This document shows positions 18,003 to 27,800 of a DNA stretch of 64,000 bases, piece after piece (the stretch's first letter is position 1; the number at the start of each line of letters is the position of its first letter). The notes below the pieces were generated by a model that was not told where the DNA came from, did no database searches, and saw only the letters and a list, made by a program, of their open reading frames with translations. Source of the DNA: an uncultured bacterium (lineage in GTDB: Bacteria; Armatimonadota; Hebobacteria; Hebobacterales; Hebobacteraceae); assembly GCA_964385645.1 (NCBI GenBank), contig CAYLPT010000070.1, forward strand, positions 14,538 through 78,537, given 5' to 3'. The translations under genes were made by a program, and so were the position numbers.

Positions 18003-18926
18003 ATGAAGACATCGTCTCTCACTATCGCGATGCTCATATCCGGCCTCGCCCTTGGGCTTGCCACCCCCCCGGCCGAGGCCCGGGTGACCGTCGTTGCCAC
18101 CACCCAGAACCTGGCCGCCATCGCCCGCGAGGTGGCGGGCGACCGCGCCGAGGTGATCGGCCTGGCCCCGGGCGACCAGGACCCGCACATGGTGGAGCCG
18201 CGGCCGAGTTGGGTGATGCACCTGCGGAGGGCGGACGTGCTGGTCCGCATGGGGATGGATCTTGACCTGTGGATTCAGGGCCTGGTGGACGCCTCCCGCA
18301 ACCGCCGCATCGCCCGCGGCGCGTCCGGCGATGTGGACGCCTCCGTGGGCATCCGCAAGCTGGAGGTGCCCACCGAGAGACTCGACCCCTCCATGGGCCA
18401 TATCCACGTCTACGGCAACCCCCACTACGACCTCGACCCCCGCAACGGCAAGGTTATCGCCCGGCGCATCATGGAGGCCCTGAGCCGGGCCGACCCGGCC
18501 GGCGCGCAGGTCTACCAGGCGAACTTCGAGGACTTCTCCCGCCGGCTAGACCAAGCGGTCGCCCGCTGGCAGGCCCAGCTAAGGCCGCACCGGGGCGCGG
18601 ACGTCGTTGTGTACCACAAGTCGTGGGCCTACTTCTTCGACTGCTTCGGCCTGCGGCAGTTCGCCGAGGTCGAGCCCAAGCCCGGCGTCCCTCCCTCCCC
18701 GGCCCACGCGCACGCGCTGATCCGGCGGATGAAGGATGCCGGCGTGGGGCTGATCCTGATGGAGTCCTACTACCCGAGGCGGTTCCCCCAGATGATCGCC
18801 CGCGAGACCGGCGCGCGGCTGCTGGAGGTTCCCGTCTCGGTGCGCGGGCGCCGCGGGATCGAGACCTACTTCGATCTCTTCGACCACCTGGTGATGAGCG
18901 TGGCCCGGGCGCTGGGGGAGGCCTGA
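18003..18926 (+). CDS. znuA: Metal ABC transporter periplasmic substrate-binding protein (ZnuA/TroA-like, cluster A-I)
   Basis: Signal peptide, then VVATTQNLAAIAREVAGDRAEV, VMHLRRADVLVRMG, YHKSWAYFFDCFGL and SPAHAHALIRRMKDAGVGLILMESYY, the typical ZnuA/MntC/TroA fold motifs. Confidence 0.85.
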   Translation: MKTSSLTIAMLISGLALGLATPPAEARVTVVATTQNLAAIAREVAGDRAEVIGLAPGDQDPHMVEPRPSWVMHLRRADVLVRMGMDLDLWIQGLVDASRNRRIARGASGDVDASVGIRKLEVPTERLDPSMGHIHVYGNPHYDLDPRNGKVIARRIMEALSRADPAGAQVYQANFEDFSRRLDQAVARWQAQLRPHRGADVVVYHKSWAYFFDCFGLRQFAEVEPKPGVPPSPAHAHALIRRMKDAGVGLILMESYYPRRFPQMIARETGARLLEVPVSVRGRRGIETYFDLFDHLVMSVARALGEA

Positions 18927-19702
18927 TGTCGGGCGGTTCGCCGGGGAGCGAGAGGATGGCCGAGGGGCTGATCGAGTTCCGCGAGGTGAGCCTGGGCTAT
19001 GGCCGCCGGACGGTGCTGTCGGGGATGAGCTTCACGATCGCGCGGGGGGACTTCATCGGCATCGTGGGGCCCAATGGCGCCGGCAAGACCACGCTGCTGA
19101 GGGCGGTGCTGGGGGTGCTGGCCCCGCAGTCAGGGGAGGTAGTCGTGCATGCGCCGCCGGAGGGGCTGCGCTTCGGCTACGTGCCGCAGCGCCAGGAGGT
19201 GGACGAGTCCTTCCCCCTCACCGCCCTAGAGGTCGTTGCGATGGGCCGCTTCGGTCTGCTCGGCCCCTGGCGCAAGCCCGGGCGCGCCGACCGGGAGCAG
19301 GCCCTGGTGTGCCTGGAGCACGTGGGCCTGGCGCACCTAGCGGAGCAGCGCTACCGGGAGCTCTCGGGGGGCCAGAAGCAGCGGGTGCTCATCGCCCGCG
19401 CGCTGGCGGGCGAGCCCTCCGTGCTGGTGCTCGACGAGCCCACCAACGACATGGACCTCACCAGCGAACGGGCGGTGATCGAGCTGATCTGCCACCTCCA
19501 CGGCGCCCACGGCATGACCACCCTGGTCGCCAGCCATCTCCTCAACGTGGTGGCGAGCTGTGCTCGCAAGGTGGCCTTCGTGGACGACATGGACTTCGCC
19601 ATCCGCCCCGTGGAGGAGGCGCTCACCGCCGAGAACCTGAGCCGGCTCTACGGCGTGCCGGTGCAGGTCGCCGAGCTGGGCGGGCGCCGGGTGGTGGTGT
19701 AG
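18926..19702 (+). CDS. znuC: Metal ABC transporter ATP-binding protein (ZnuC-like)
   Basis: ATG overlaps the znuA stop (TGATG); Walker A GPNGAGKTTLL, signature LSGGQKQRVLIARAL, Walker B VLVLDEPTNDMD. The track ORF 18269..19702 is an upstream extension. Confidence 0.88.
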   Translation: MSGGSPGSERMAEGLIEFREVSLGYGRRTVLSGMSFTIARGDFIGIVGPNGAGKTTLLRAVLGVLAPQSGEVVVHAPPEGLRFGYVPQRQEVDESFPLTALEVVAMGRFGLLGPWRKPGRADREQALVCLEHVGLAHLAEQRYRELSGGQKQRVLIARALAGEPSVLVLDEPTNDMDLTSERAVIELICHLHGAHGMTTLVASHLLNVVASCARKVAFVDDMDFAIRPVEEALTAENLSRLYGVPVQVAELGGRRVVV

Positions 19703-19715
19703 GGAGGCGGGTTGG

Positions 19716-20543
19716 ATGATCGAGATCTTCCAGATACCCTTCATGCAGCAGGCGCTTCTCGCCAGCCTGCTGGCCGGCGTCACCTGCGCGTTCCTCGCAG
19801 TGTTCGTGGTGCTCAAGCGCGTCGTCTTCGTCGGCATCGCGCTGGCGCAGTTGTCGTCGGCCGGGGTGGCGTTGGCCCTGCTGCTGGGGCTGACGGCCGG
19901 CTGGCACCTGACCCTGTCATCGCTGGTGTTCATGCTCGCCGGGGTGGCGCTGTTCTCCGCGCCGCTCGGGGGGCGGCAGCTCCCCCGGGAGGCCATCATC
20001 GGCATCGCCTACGCGGTGGCCTCGGCGCTCGGGATCCTGCTGGTCGCGCGCAGCGCCGCGGGCGAGTCGCACATGCTGTATTTGCTCTTCGGCAACATCC
20101 TCGCGGTGACGCCGCTGGACAACTGGCTCATGGGCGGGGTGTTCGCGGCGGTGGCGCTGATCCACTACCTGTTCCACAAGGAGTTCGTCCTCGTCTCCTT
20201 CGACCCGGAGACCGCCGACACGCTGGGGGTGAGGAGCCGCCGTTGGGAGCTGCTGTTCTACCTGACCCTGGGGGTCACCATCGCCATCGCCCTGCGGGTG
20301 CTGGGGGCGCTGCTGGTGTTCTCGTTCCTGGTGATCCCGGGGGTGATCGGGCTGCTGGTCGCGCCCCGGCTGCGGGGCGCTTTCGTGGGCGCGGCGCTGG
20401 CCGCCGTCGTCTCGGCAGCCGCCGGGCTCTACCTGTCTTTTGCGCTGGACCTGCCCACGGCCGCCACCATCGTGCTGCTGGCCTTCGCGCTGCTCTGCTT
20501 CAGCGGCCTGTGGGCGCGCTTTGTGGCCCGGCGCGGGGACTGA
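19716..20543 (+). CDS. znuB: Metal ABC transporter permease (ZnuB-like)
   Basis: MIEIFQIPFMQQALLASLLAGVTCAFLAVFVVLKRVVFVG, characteristic ZnuB/MntB/TroC N-terminus; 8-9 TM helices. Confidence 0.88.
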   Translation: MIEIFQIPFMQQALLASLLAGVTCAFLAVFVVLKRVVFVGIALAQLSSAGVALALLLGLTAGWHLTLSSLVFMLAGVALFSAPLGGRQLPREAIIGIAYAVASALGILLVARSAAGESHMLYLLFGNILAVTPLDNWLMGGVFAAVALIHYLFHKEFVLVSFDPETADTLGVRSRRWELLFYLTLGVTIAIALRVLGALLVFSFLVIPGVIGLLVAPRLRGAFVGAALAAVVSAAAGLYLSFALDLPTAATIVLLAFALLCFSGLWARFVARRGD

Positions 20544-20607
20544 GCCAGGGAGGGAGCCGTGGCGGGGGATGGAACCTCCTGTGCGGGCTCTAGCACAGGA
20601 GGAAGGT

Positions 20608-21693
20608 ATGACGCCGGTCAACGTCGGGGTTGTCGGATGCGGGCAGATCAGCGGGAACTACCTCAAGCACCTCACCGGGATGCTCTCTGGCCTGGTCAGG
20701 GTCACGGCCTGCTCTGACCTGATCGTCGAGCGCGCGCAGGAGCGCGCGGCGGAGTTCGGGGTGCCAAGGGTGTGCTCGACCGAGGAGCTGATCGCCGACC
20801 CCGAGCTCGAGATCGTCGTCAACCTCACCATGCCGGCCGACCACTACGAGGTCACGATGGCCGCCCTCAGGGCCGGCAAGCACGTCTTCTCCGAGAAGCC
20901 CCTCACCACCAGCCGCGAGCTCGGCCGGGAGATCCTCGCCGAGGCGGAGCGCCGCGGCCTGCTGCTGGCGGGCGCGCCGGACACGTTCCTGGGCGCCGGG
21001 CTCCAGACGTGTCGCCGCCTCATCGCCGAGGGCGCGATCGGCGCCCCCATCACGGCTCAGTCCATCATCGCCGCCGGCCACGGCTCCGAGCGCTACTACA
21101 ACGTCTTCACCGGCCCGATGTTCGACATGGGGCCCTATCACCTCACCGCGCTGGTATGGCTACTCGGCCCCGTGCGCCGCGCCACGGGCTCCGCCCAGAC
21201 CCCCTTCCCCGAGAAGCCCTACCCGCCCGACTCCCCCGACCACGGCAAGACCTTCCGCGTCAGCCGGCCTGGCAACATCTCCGGCGTGCTCGACTTCGCC
21301 GCCGGCTGCGTCGGCGTCATCACCACCACCTGTGAGGCCGCGGGCTACCAGCCTCGTCTGGAGGTCTACGGCACCGAGGGCACCCTGGTCACCAACGACC
21401 CCAACGCCTACGAGGGGCCGGTGACGCTGCGGCGGGGCCGGGGGGAGCCGGAGCCGGTGCGCCTGCCGGAGGGCTTCCCCGCCTGGGGCCGCGGCCTCGG
21501 CGTGGCCGAGCTCGCCCACGCGATCCGCACCGGGCGGCAGCCCCGCGCCAGCGGCGAGCTGATGTACCACGTGCTCGACATCATGCACGCCATCCACGAC
21601 TCCTCGGCTGAGGAGCGCCACCTCCACCTGGACAGTGCCTGCCCTGCCCCGGAGCCGTTCGAGCTGGAGGAGCTGCTGGCCGCGGCCGCTTAG
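20608..21693 (+). CDS. Gfo/Idh/MocA-family NAD(P)-dependent oxidoreductase
   Basis: AGGAGGAAGG RBS; MTPVNVGVVGCGQISGNYLKHL Rossmann motif; EKPLTTSREL consensus. Confidence 0.85.
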   Translation: MTPVNVGVVGCGQISGNYLKHLTGMLSGLVRVTACSDLIVERAQERAAEFGVPRVCSTEELIADPELEIVVNLTMPADHYEVTMAALRAGKHVFSEKPLTTSRELGREILAEAERRGLLLAGAPDTFLGAGLQTCRRLIAEGAIGAPITAQSIIAAGHGSERYYNVFTGPMFDMGPYHLTALVWLLGPVRRATGSAQTPFPEKPYPPDSPDHGKTFRVSRPGNISGVLDFAAGCVGVITTTCEAAGYQPRLEVYGTEGTLVTNDPNAYEGPVTLRRGRGEPEPVRLPEGFPAWGRGLGVAELAHAIRTGRQPRASGELMYHVLDIMHAIHDSSAEERHLHLDSACPAPEPFELEELLAAAA

Positions 21694-21765
21694 CCGGCGA
21701 CCAGAGGTCGGGGCAAGAGGCGCGCTCTTCACCGGCGGTCTGGGGTCGAGCCCACCGAGACCTCG

Positions 21766-23769
21766 ATGCGGCAGCTGAGCCCCAGGGAGGGACAACCAGC
21801 GCCTGAGCGGCGGCCGGCGGCGGGGGAGGTGACGGCGCCGGTCATCGTCGCCGCGGTCGTGCTGTTGCTCCTCCTCGGGGTGGTCGGCTTCTGGGTGGAC
21901 GTGTACGAGCGGGCGGCGGTCCGCTTCGGCGCGGGCGTGCCGGCCTCCGGCCCCTTCGCCCTGTTGTTCCTGTTGGCGGCCGCGGCGGCGCTGTGGCCCG
22001 CGGGGAGCCGGTTCGGGCTGACCCGGCGGCAGGCGCTCGCCATCTACATGGTCGTGCTCGTAGGCGCGCCGGTGGTCTCCTACAAGGTGATGGAGAGCGT
22101 GCTCGTTCACGCCACCATCCAACGCTACCTCGGCATGACCACCAACCTGCTCTGGCAGGACACGTTCCTGCCGGTGATCCCCAACTGGCTGGCCCCCGAA
22201 GACTGGACGGCCGTCGAGGGCTTCTACCACGGACTGGGCGCGGTTCCGTGGTCGGTGTGGTGGACGCCGCTGGCGGTCTGGTGCTCGTTCATGATCGCGC
22301 TGGCGGTCTGCTCGGTCTGCCTCATGTTGCTGGTGCAGCGCCAGTGGATCTCCCACGAGCGCCTCACCTTCCCTCTCGCCCAGATCCCGCTGGAGATGGT
22401 GGCGGAGACCAGCCCCGAGCGCGGCGGGCCGCGGGCGCGGCTCACCACCGCCTCCCTATTCTGGGCGGGCCTGATCGTGTCGCTGGTGGTGAGCGCGCTG
22501 CACACCGTCGCGCGCTACGCGCCCGCCGTCCCCTCCATCCCCCTCGGGCCGGTGCGGGTGATGGAATACCATCCGGTGGGCCCGCGCGCCGGCCTGGACG
22601 AGATGAACCTCGTGTTCTTCCCGTGGCTCATCGCCATCGCTTACCTGATCCCGAAGGACCTCTCCTTCTCCTGCTGGTTCTTCTGGTTCGTCCGGCTCAG
22701 CCTGCACGTGGCGGCCATCGCGGGCGGCTGCGCGCCCCAGCGGCCGGCCTTCCACTGGGTCAGCGAGTTCCCCGCGCCCCTCTTCCAGGGCACCGGCGCG
22801 GTGCTGGCCATCTCCGGGCTGGCGCTGTGGTCGGCGCGCCGTCACCTGGGGCGCGCGGTGCGCATCGCGCTAAGCCGCGAGTCTGGCCGCGCGGACGCCG
22901 ATGAGCCGATCCCGTATCGCTGGAGCCTGCTCGCCCTCGCGCTCTCCTTCGCCTGGATGGTCTACATCTGCTGGCTGACCGGAAGCCGCCTCGTCGTGGG
23001 GGTCGCGCTTATCGCGTTCATGCTCATCTACTACACGACCTGGGTGCGTCTTCGCGCGGAGACGGGGCTGGGCTTCTTCCCCTATCCGCTGTTCGTCCAC
23101 CAGTCCATTGTGGTGCCCTTCGGCACCGCGGGCTTCACGCCGCAGGAGATGATGACCATCCACGCCGTACACTGGGCCTACCACGGCGGCGGCGACAGCT
23201 TCGAGATCGTCCCCGGCAACGCGCTCGAGTCCATGAAGATCGGGGATGCGGCCGGCATCAGGATGAGGTCGGTGCTTATCGGGATGGCGGTGGGGTTCGT
23301 CGCGGTGGTCATCCTGGGCGCCTATATCACGCTCACCGGCATCTACCACTACGGGTTCCTGAACACGGGCCCGCGTGCGGTGGAGCACGAGTTGAGGGTG
23401 TACAGCTGGAGCCTGCACAGCCACTTCACTGACCCCGCGGGGACCGACGTGCCAGGCGCCATCGCGATGGGGGCCGGCGCGCTGGTGACCGCGCTTCTGG
23501 GCGCGATGCGGCTGCGGTTCTGGTGGTGGCCCTTCCACCCGATCGGCTACCTCGCTGCGCATACGTGGATCATGTACATGTACTGGTCGCCCTTCATGAT
23601 TGGGTGGCTCGCGAAGACCCTCGTGGTCCGCTACGGCGGGCTGCGGCTCTACCGGCGGACGGTGCCGCTGGCGATAGGCGCCATCGCCGGGGACCTGGTC
23701 AACGAGGTACTCTGGGGAGCGGTGACCTTGATCACGGGCGTGCCCTTCCGGCCCAGCCAGCTCTGGTGA
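21766..23769 (+). CDS. Large polytopic integral membrane protein of unknown function (667 aa, at least 14 predicted TM helices, Trp/Tyr-rich)
   Basis: Long ORF with strong coding character and many hydrophobic helices; no recognisable catalytic motif; lies between an oxidoreductase gene and a CAZyme cluster. Confidence 0.7.
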   Translation: MRQLSPREGQPAPERRPAAGEVTAPVIVAAVVLLLLLGVVGFWVDVYERAAVRFGAGVPASGPFALLFLLAAAAALWPAGSRFGLTRRQALAIYMVVLVGAPVVSYKVMESVLVHATIQRYLGMTTNLLWQDTFLPVIPNWLAPEDWTAVEGFYHGLGAVPWSVWWTPLAVWCSFMIALAVCSVCLMLLVQRQWISHERLTFPLAQIPLEMVAETSPERGGPRARLTTASLFWAGLIVSLVVSALHTVARYAPAVPSIPLGPVRVMEYHPVGPRAGLDEMNLVFFPWLIAIAYLIPKDLSFSCWFFWFVRLSLHVAAIAGGCAPQRPAFHWVSEFPAPLFQGTGAVLAISGLALWSARRHLGRAVRIALSRESGRADADEPIPYRWSLLALALSFAWMVYICWLTGSRLVVGVALIAFMLIYYTTWVRLRAETGLGFFPYPLFVHQSIVVPFGTAGFTPQEMMTIHAVHWAYHGGGDSFEIVPGNALESMKIGDAAGIRMRSVLIGMAVGFVAVVILGAYITLTGIYHYGFLNTGPRAVEHELRVYSWSLHSHFTDPAGTDVPGAIAMGAGALVTALLGAMRLRFWWWPFHPIGYLAAHTWIMYMYWSPFMIGWLAKTLVVRYGGLRLYRRTVPLAIGAIAGDLVNEVLWGAVTLITGVPFRPSQLW

Positions 23770-23840
23770 GCGGCCGCGGGGCGGCAGCGTGCGCGTCCCT
23801 CACGGGCAAGAGGCAAGCTCCTGCCCTGCGGGCCTACGGC

Positions 23841-25589
23841 CTACTCGGCCTTGCGGAGGCGGACGGCGATGGGGCGGCCCGCGGGGGGCCGGAGGGTGAA
23901 CTCTCCCGAGCGAGCGCCACTTAGCGGGGTGACCGTCATCTCCCAGGTGTCGAGCAGGTCAACGTGGTAAGTGTTGCCCGGGGGGGTGCGGAAGGTGTGC
24001 TCGCCATGGGCCTCCCGGCCGAAGTAGAAGAGCGCGTAGGCGTCGCCCTTAGCGGCCCCCGGGACCTCCCCGCCCCAGTCCACGGGGTCGAGGCCGCGGG
24101 GCGGGCCCTCCTCGATCATGCGCCTGAGGAAGGCGATCCGGGGCGGGCTCTGGCCGTGAAGGACGCCGCCCTTAGACCACCACAGGATGTCCTCGGGGTG
24201 CCGGTAGGTCTCGCCGTGGCCGACGTAGCAGCCGGCGACCGTCCCGACCCAGAAGCGGTGCACCATCTCCTGCGGTGATAGGTTACCCCAGCCCTGCTCG
24301 ATGTCGCCCTCGTAGACCACCTCGTCGAAGACGATCGGCTTACGGTACTGGTCCCTGAGCGGCTCCGCGCGGCCCGGCTCCTCGACGTGCCAGCCGCTCT
24401 GGACGCTGGCGTGGGTAACCCAGGGCTTGGTATGGTCGTACCAGACGCGGCCGTTGTGGATCGAGCGCAGGCGCCCGTATGGGTCGCTGTCGCGGACGAT
24501 CTGGAAGAAGCGGTCCCAGTCCTCCATGCGCTTGTTCCCGGGGCTCGCCGTGTCCTCGTCCGTGAAGCCAGGCATGAAGTCGAACTCGTTGGCGAGGGAC
24601 CACCACACATTGCGGTAGGCCGCCAGCCGCGCCACCACGTAGCGTAGGTACCGATCGTCGCTCTCCGAGTCCATCTTCGCGAAGCCCCAGCGGTCATAGG
24701 GGTGGAAGAGGATGATGTCGGCCTCGATGCCGAGGGCCATCAGCTCGCCGACACGCCGCTCGAGGTGACGGAAGAACTCGGGATTGAAGCGGGTGAAGTC
24801 CCAGCCGCCCCCCTCACCCCGCGCGAACGGATAGCGTGGCGGCTCGTTCTTGTTGTAGAGATAGTCCTTGGGGAAGACACACATGCGCAGCTTGTTGAAG
24901 GGAGCCGCGGCCAGCGTCTCCAGCGTCTGCGCCTCGAGCTCCTCCCCTTGGTGGATCCAGGCATAGCACGTGGTGCCCACCTGGTAGTAAGGCGTGCCGT
25001 CGGCGTAGGCGAAGTGATGGGTGTCGCGCACGCGCACCGGCCCGCGGTTGCCCCTGGAGGGGGGCACGCACTCGAACGAGCCGCGCCTGCCCGTCAGCTC
25101 CGGCCGGTTGCTCTGGGTCTCGTAGCTCCAGCGCCCGGGCGCGTCGGGCATGAAACGCACGCGGTAGGTCCCGCCGCCGTCGTAGAAGCCGGCGACCTCG
25201 ACCGCCTCGCCCCCGCGTGAGAAGCGCGCCGACAGCTCCACATCGAGGAACGGGTTGCCGTCGGCCGGCCCCTCCAGCGCCACCTCGAACACCCCCCACT
25301 GCTCGACGGCGCCAGCACCGCCCATGTCATCTCCTCCTGGGTGGTTCCTGCTCCCGACGGTGCTCGGAGTTCGACGCGGCCGCCGCGGGTCCTGTTCCGC
25401 CACTCCGGCGGCCCACGCTTCGTTCACAGTCGAGAAGGCGTCGGCGATAGACAGGGTTGTGTTCTCCCGCGGGAGCTCGACAGGGCTGGGACGCGCTCCG
25501 GCTGGAGGCGCGGCGGCCATGAGCCCGAACCCCAGCGCCCACAAAGCCGCGAGCACCTCGCGCTGGAAGCCAGTCGTTCCTCTGCCCAT
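23841..25589 (-). CDS. Secreted glycoside hydrolase, GH140-like (DUF5060 N-domain + DUF4038 catalytic domain)
   Basis: Signal peptide; DUF4038-type motifs ([17 protein letters not shown]..., [25 protein letters not shown]), the family that includes apiosidase GH140. Confidence 0.75.
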   Translation of the reverse strand: MGRGTTGFQREVLAALWALGFGLMAAAPPAGARPSPVELPRENTTLSIADAFSTVNEAWAAGVAEQDPRRPRRTPSTVGSRNHPGGDDMGGAGAVEQWGVFEVALEGPADGNPFLDVELSARFSRGGEAVEVAGFYDGGGTYRVRFMPDAPGRWSYETQSNRPELTGRRGSFECVPPSRGNRGPVRVRDTHHFAYADGTPYYQVGTTCYAWIHQGEELEAQTLETLAAAPFNKLRMCVFPKDYLYNKNEPPRYPFARGEGGGWDFTRFNPEFFRHLERRVGELMALGIEADIILFHPYDRWGFAKMDSESDDRYLRYVVARLAAYRNVWWSLANEFDFMPGFTDEDTASPGNKRMEDWDRFFQIVRDSDPYGRLRSIHNGRVWYDHTKPWVTHASVQSGWHVEEPGRAEPLRDQYRKPIVFDEVVYEGDIEQGWGNLSPQEMVHRFWVGTVAGCYVGHGETYRHPEDILWWSKGGVLHGQSPPRIAFLRRMIEEGPPRGLDPVDWGGEVPGAAKGDAYALFYFGREAHGEHTFRTPPGNTYHVDLLDTWEMTVTPLSGARSGEFTLRPPAGRPIAVRLRKAE

Positions 25590-25761
25590 CCGTCAGTCGT
25601 CCTGCCTGTGTGGTCGCCACTGTGCGCTCGAGCCGCAGTGGCCCCGTCAGACTCCCTGCCACAGCGTCAGCCAGCCGTCGCCCGAAGGGCGAGTGTCTCG
25701 GCGCCTCCGCCCTCATCTAGGCTGGCCCGCGCCTGACGCCGCCTCAGGTTGGCCTAGCCAC

Positions 25762-27726
25762 CTATCCAGGGCTCTGCTCCACTGCCCGCCGCCGCAGCTC
25801 CAGCGCCCACCGCGTCCCGTCCAGCATCACCTCTACCCGCCCCTCCTGCGAGGCTGTGAGTCTGGCAGACTCGGCCGGGGCCACCTGAGAGGGCCGCGGC
25901 GCGAGCACCGACACGAGGACGGCGCGGGCCCGCCGGTGGAGCGGCGACACCGAGAGATAGCTGAACCCCTGCTCCCGCCGCCGGGGGGCCGCATCCCACG
26001 AGGGCACGTAGTCGGAGGTAAGCCTGACTACTCTGATCGTGCGACCCGCGGCCTCGTCAGGCCACAGAAGGTCCAAGTCCAGAGCCGCCCTCTCCGCGCT
26101 TAGCGCAATCCGCCCTCGGTGCAGGTCGCGTAGGTCCGCCTGTCCAGCGAACTGCCATAAGCACTCTAGCCGGCGCGGCTCGTCCAGCTCGACATCATCC
26201 ACCACTAGCACTCGCCCGCTCGGCACGAGTATGAGATGCCGATCGAAGCGCTTCACCTCCGGCCCGTAGGCGGCGGCGCCCTCCCCGACGACATAGGTGT
26301 ACTCTGGGGCGGCCTTCATGAGCGTCACTTCGCCGCGGTGCCGCTCGCCCCACCGCTGGCCGCGGCCGTCCACCAGAAGGGTGCTGTGGCCCTCGGTGCT
26401 GTTGGCGGGGTAGTCCCAGCGCCGAGAGCCGGTATCGAAGAATCCCCCGGCGTGGTCGTAGTGCCAGATCCCGGCGTCCACGATGAGCCGCTCGCCGAAC
26501 GCGTTCACGATCACGGAGTTGATGTCCAGATGCGAGTGATTGGCAGTGGTCTCCCCCGTCTTGAGGCCGAGGTAGACCGCCTGCGGCGACCAATCGCTGC
26601 GGACCACCGTGGCGCCGGTGCGGGCGAAGGTGCGGGCAAGGGGCAGGTCGTCCGGGGGGCGCGGTGGGGGTAGATCGGCGCGCCAGAGGAGGGAGAAGGG
26701 AGTCCATGTCTGGAGGCGATCGGCGAGCCACCGCGCGTGTGCGTCGCCGGTGCGCGCGGCGAGCAGCAGCAGCAGTTCGCCGGAGGGCGGGGCATACCGG
26801 TCGTCGCCGAAGTTGAATGACCCGAGGTCGGGGGTGGTCATGTACAGCGCGAACTGGCCCGTCTTCTGAAGATAGGGGTGAGAGAACAGGTTCACTGCGC
26901 CGTCGCTAAGGGCCCTTAGCGCCTCGGCGAACCACGCCGTGCGACCGATCCCGTAGCTCCAGTAGCCAAGCCCCTCGACGTAGCTGCCGTCAGCGGGGTT
27001 GGCGTCGAGCGTGGCGAGCACCCCGAGGAGCGACTCGCGGAGCGCCTGCCGCGCCCCGGGCCACTCCCCGGCCAGGGCGACGGCGCCCGCGCCCATCTCG
27101 CCGCAGATAACCGCCCGCCAGTTGTGGAGGGAATCGGCCCACCACTCGGTCCGGCCCTGGTGCGCGCGGAGGAAGAGGGATAGGCCGCGCTCGATGATCG
27201 CCTCCCGCCAGCGGCTGCGCTGAGTGGGCGCCAACTCCCCGTGGAGCCAGTCGTACACCCATGCAACCTCTGCCACAGAGTGTGCGACCCCCAGGTCCAC
27301 GGTCAGGCCCATGGCGCGATGAGTGGTGAGCACCCAGTCAGGCTCGTCGAGGCGCCGCTCGACAGCGGCCATGAGATGGTCGGCGTACTCGCGCCGGCCC
27401 GAGAGCAGGTAGGCGAGGCCTACGGCGGCGGTCGTGCCCCATCCCGAGCCGGACTCGAGCGCGGCGTCGGCGGCCTGGCGAAGGCGCTCCCAGTCGTCCG
27501 GGTACCGGGCGACCAGCTCCGGCAGCCGGGCGCGGTCGCCGGGGGACAGGAAGAGGCGCGGCCGGGGCAGGTCCGGCGGCATCTCCCAGTGGTCGAAGGC
27601 GTGCAGGAGGCGGTCGGCGTGGGACATGTTCTGCTCCTTCCCGGCGCGCGCGATCCCGAGGCGTCCCCAGCCGCTGAGGCCACCGACGGCAAACGCGGCC
27701 CACCTCAAGAACTCGCGTCGTCTCAT
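25762..27726 (-). CDS. Heparinase II/III-like polysaccharide lyase with twin-arginine (Tat) signal
   Basis: MRRREFLRWAAFAVGGLSGWG Tat motif; alginate-lyase-like α/α toroid N-domain and heparinase II/III-like C-domain (NHSHLDINSVIVNAFGERLIVDAG, characteristic His/Asn cluster). Confidence 0.75.
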   Translation of the reverse strand: MRRREFLRWAAFAVGGLSGWGRLGIARAGKEQNMSHADRLLHAFDHWEMPPDLPRPRLFLSPGDRARLPELVARYPDDWERLRQAADAALESGSGWGTTAAVGLAYLLSGRREYADHLMAAVERRLDEPDWVLTTHRAMGLTVDLGVAHSVAEVAWVYDWLHGELAPTQRSRWREAIIERGLSLFLRAHQGRTEWWADSLHNWRAVICGEMGAGAVALAGEWPGARQALRESLLGVLATLDANPADGSYVEGLGYWSYGIGRTAWFAEALRALSDGAVNLFSHPYLQKTGQFALYMTTPDLGSFNFGDDRYAPPSGELLLLLAARTGDAHARWLADRLQTWTPFSLLWRADLPPPRPPDDLPLARTFARTGATVVRSDWSPQAVYLGLKTGETTANHSHLDINSVIVNAFGERLIVDAGIWHYDHAGGFFDTGSRRWDYPANSTEGHSTLLVDGRGQRWGERHRGEVTLMKAAPEYTYVVGEGAAAYGPEVKRFDRHLILVPSGRVLVVDDVELDEPRRLECLWQFAGQADLRDLHRGRIALSAERAALDLDLLWPDEAAGRTIRVVRLTSDYVPSWDAAPRRREQGFSYLSVSPLHRRARAVLVSVLAPRPSQVAPAESARLTASQEGRVEVMLDGTRWALELRRRAVEQSPG

Positions 27727-27800
27727 CGCTTAGCGCGATCTTCCATGCTCACCACTACTGAGCAGGCACTCCAGTCGGTGTCGCTGACCCGCAGCGCATC

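Noticed and set aside
18269-18925. Upstream extension of the znuC-like ORF (18269..19702) overlapping znuA
   Set aside because: It overlaps the znuA coding frame; ATPase homology begins only at the ATG that overlaps the znuA stop
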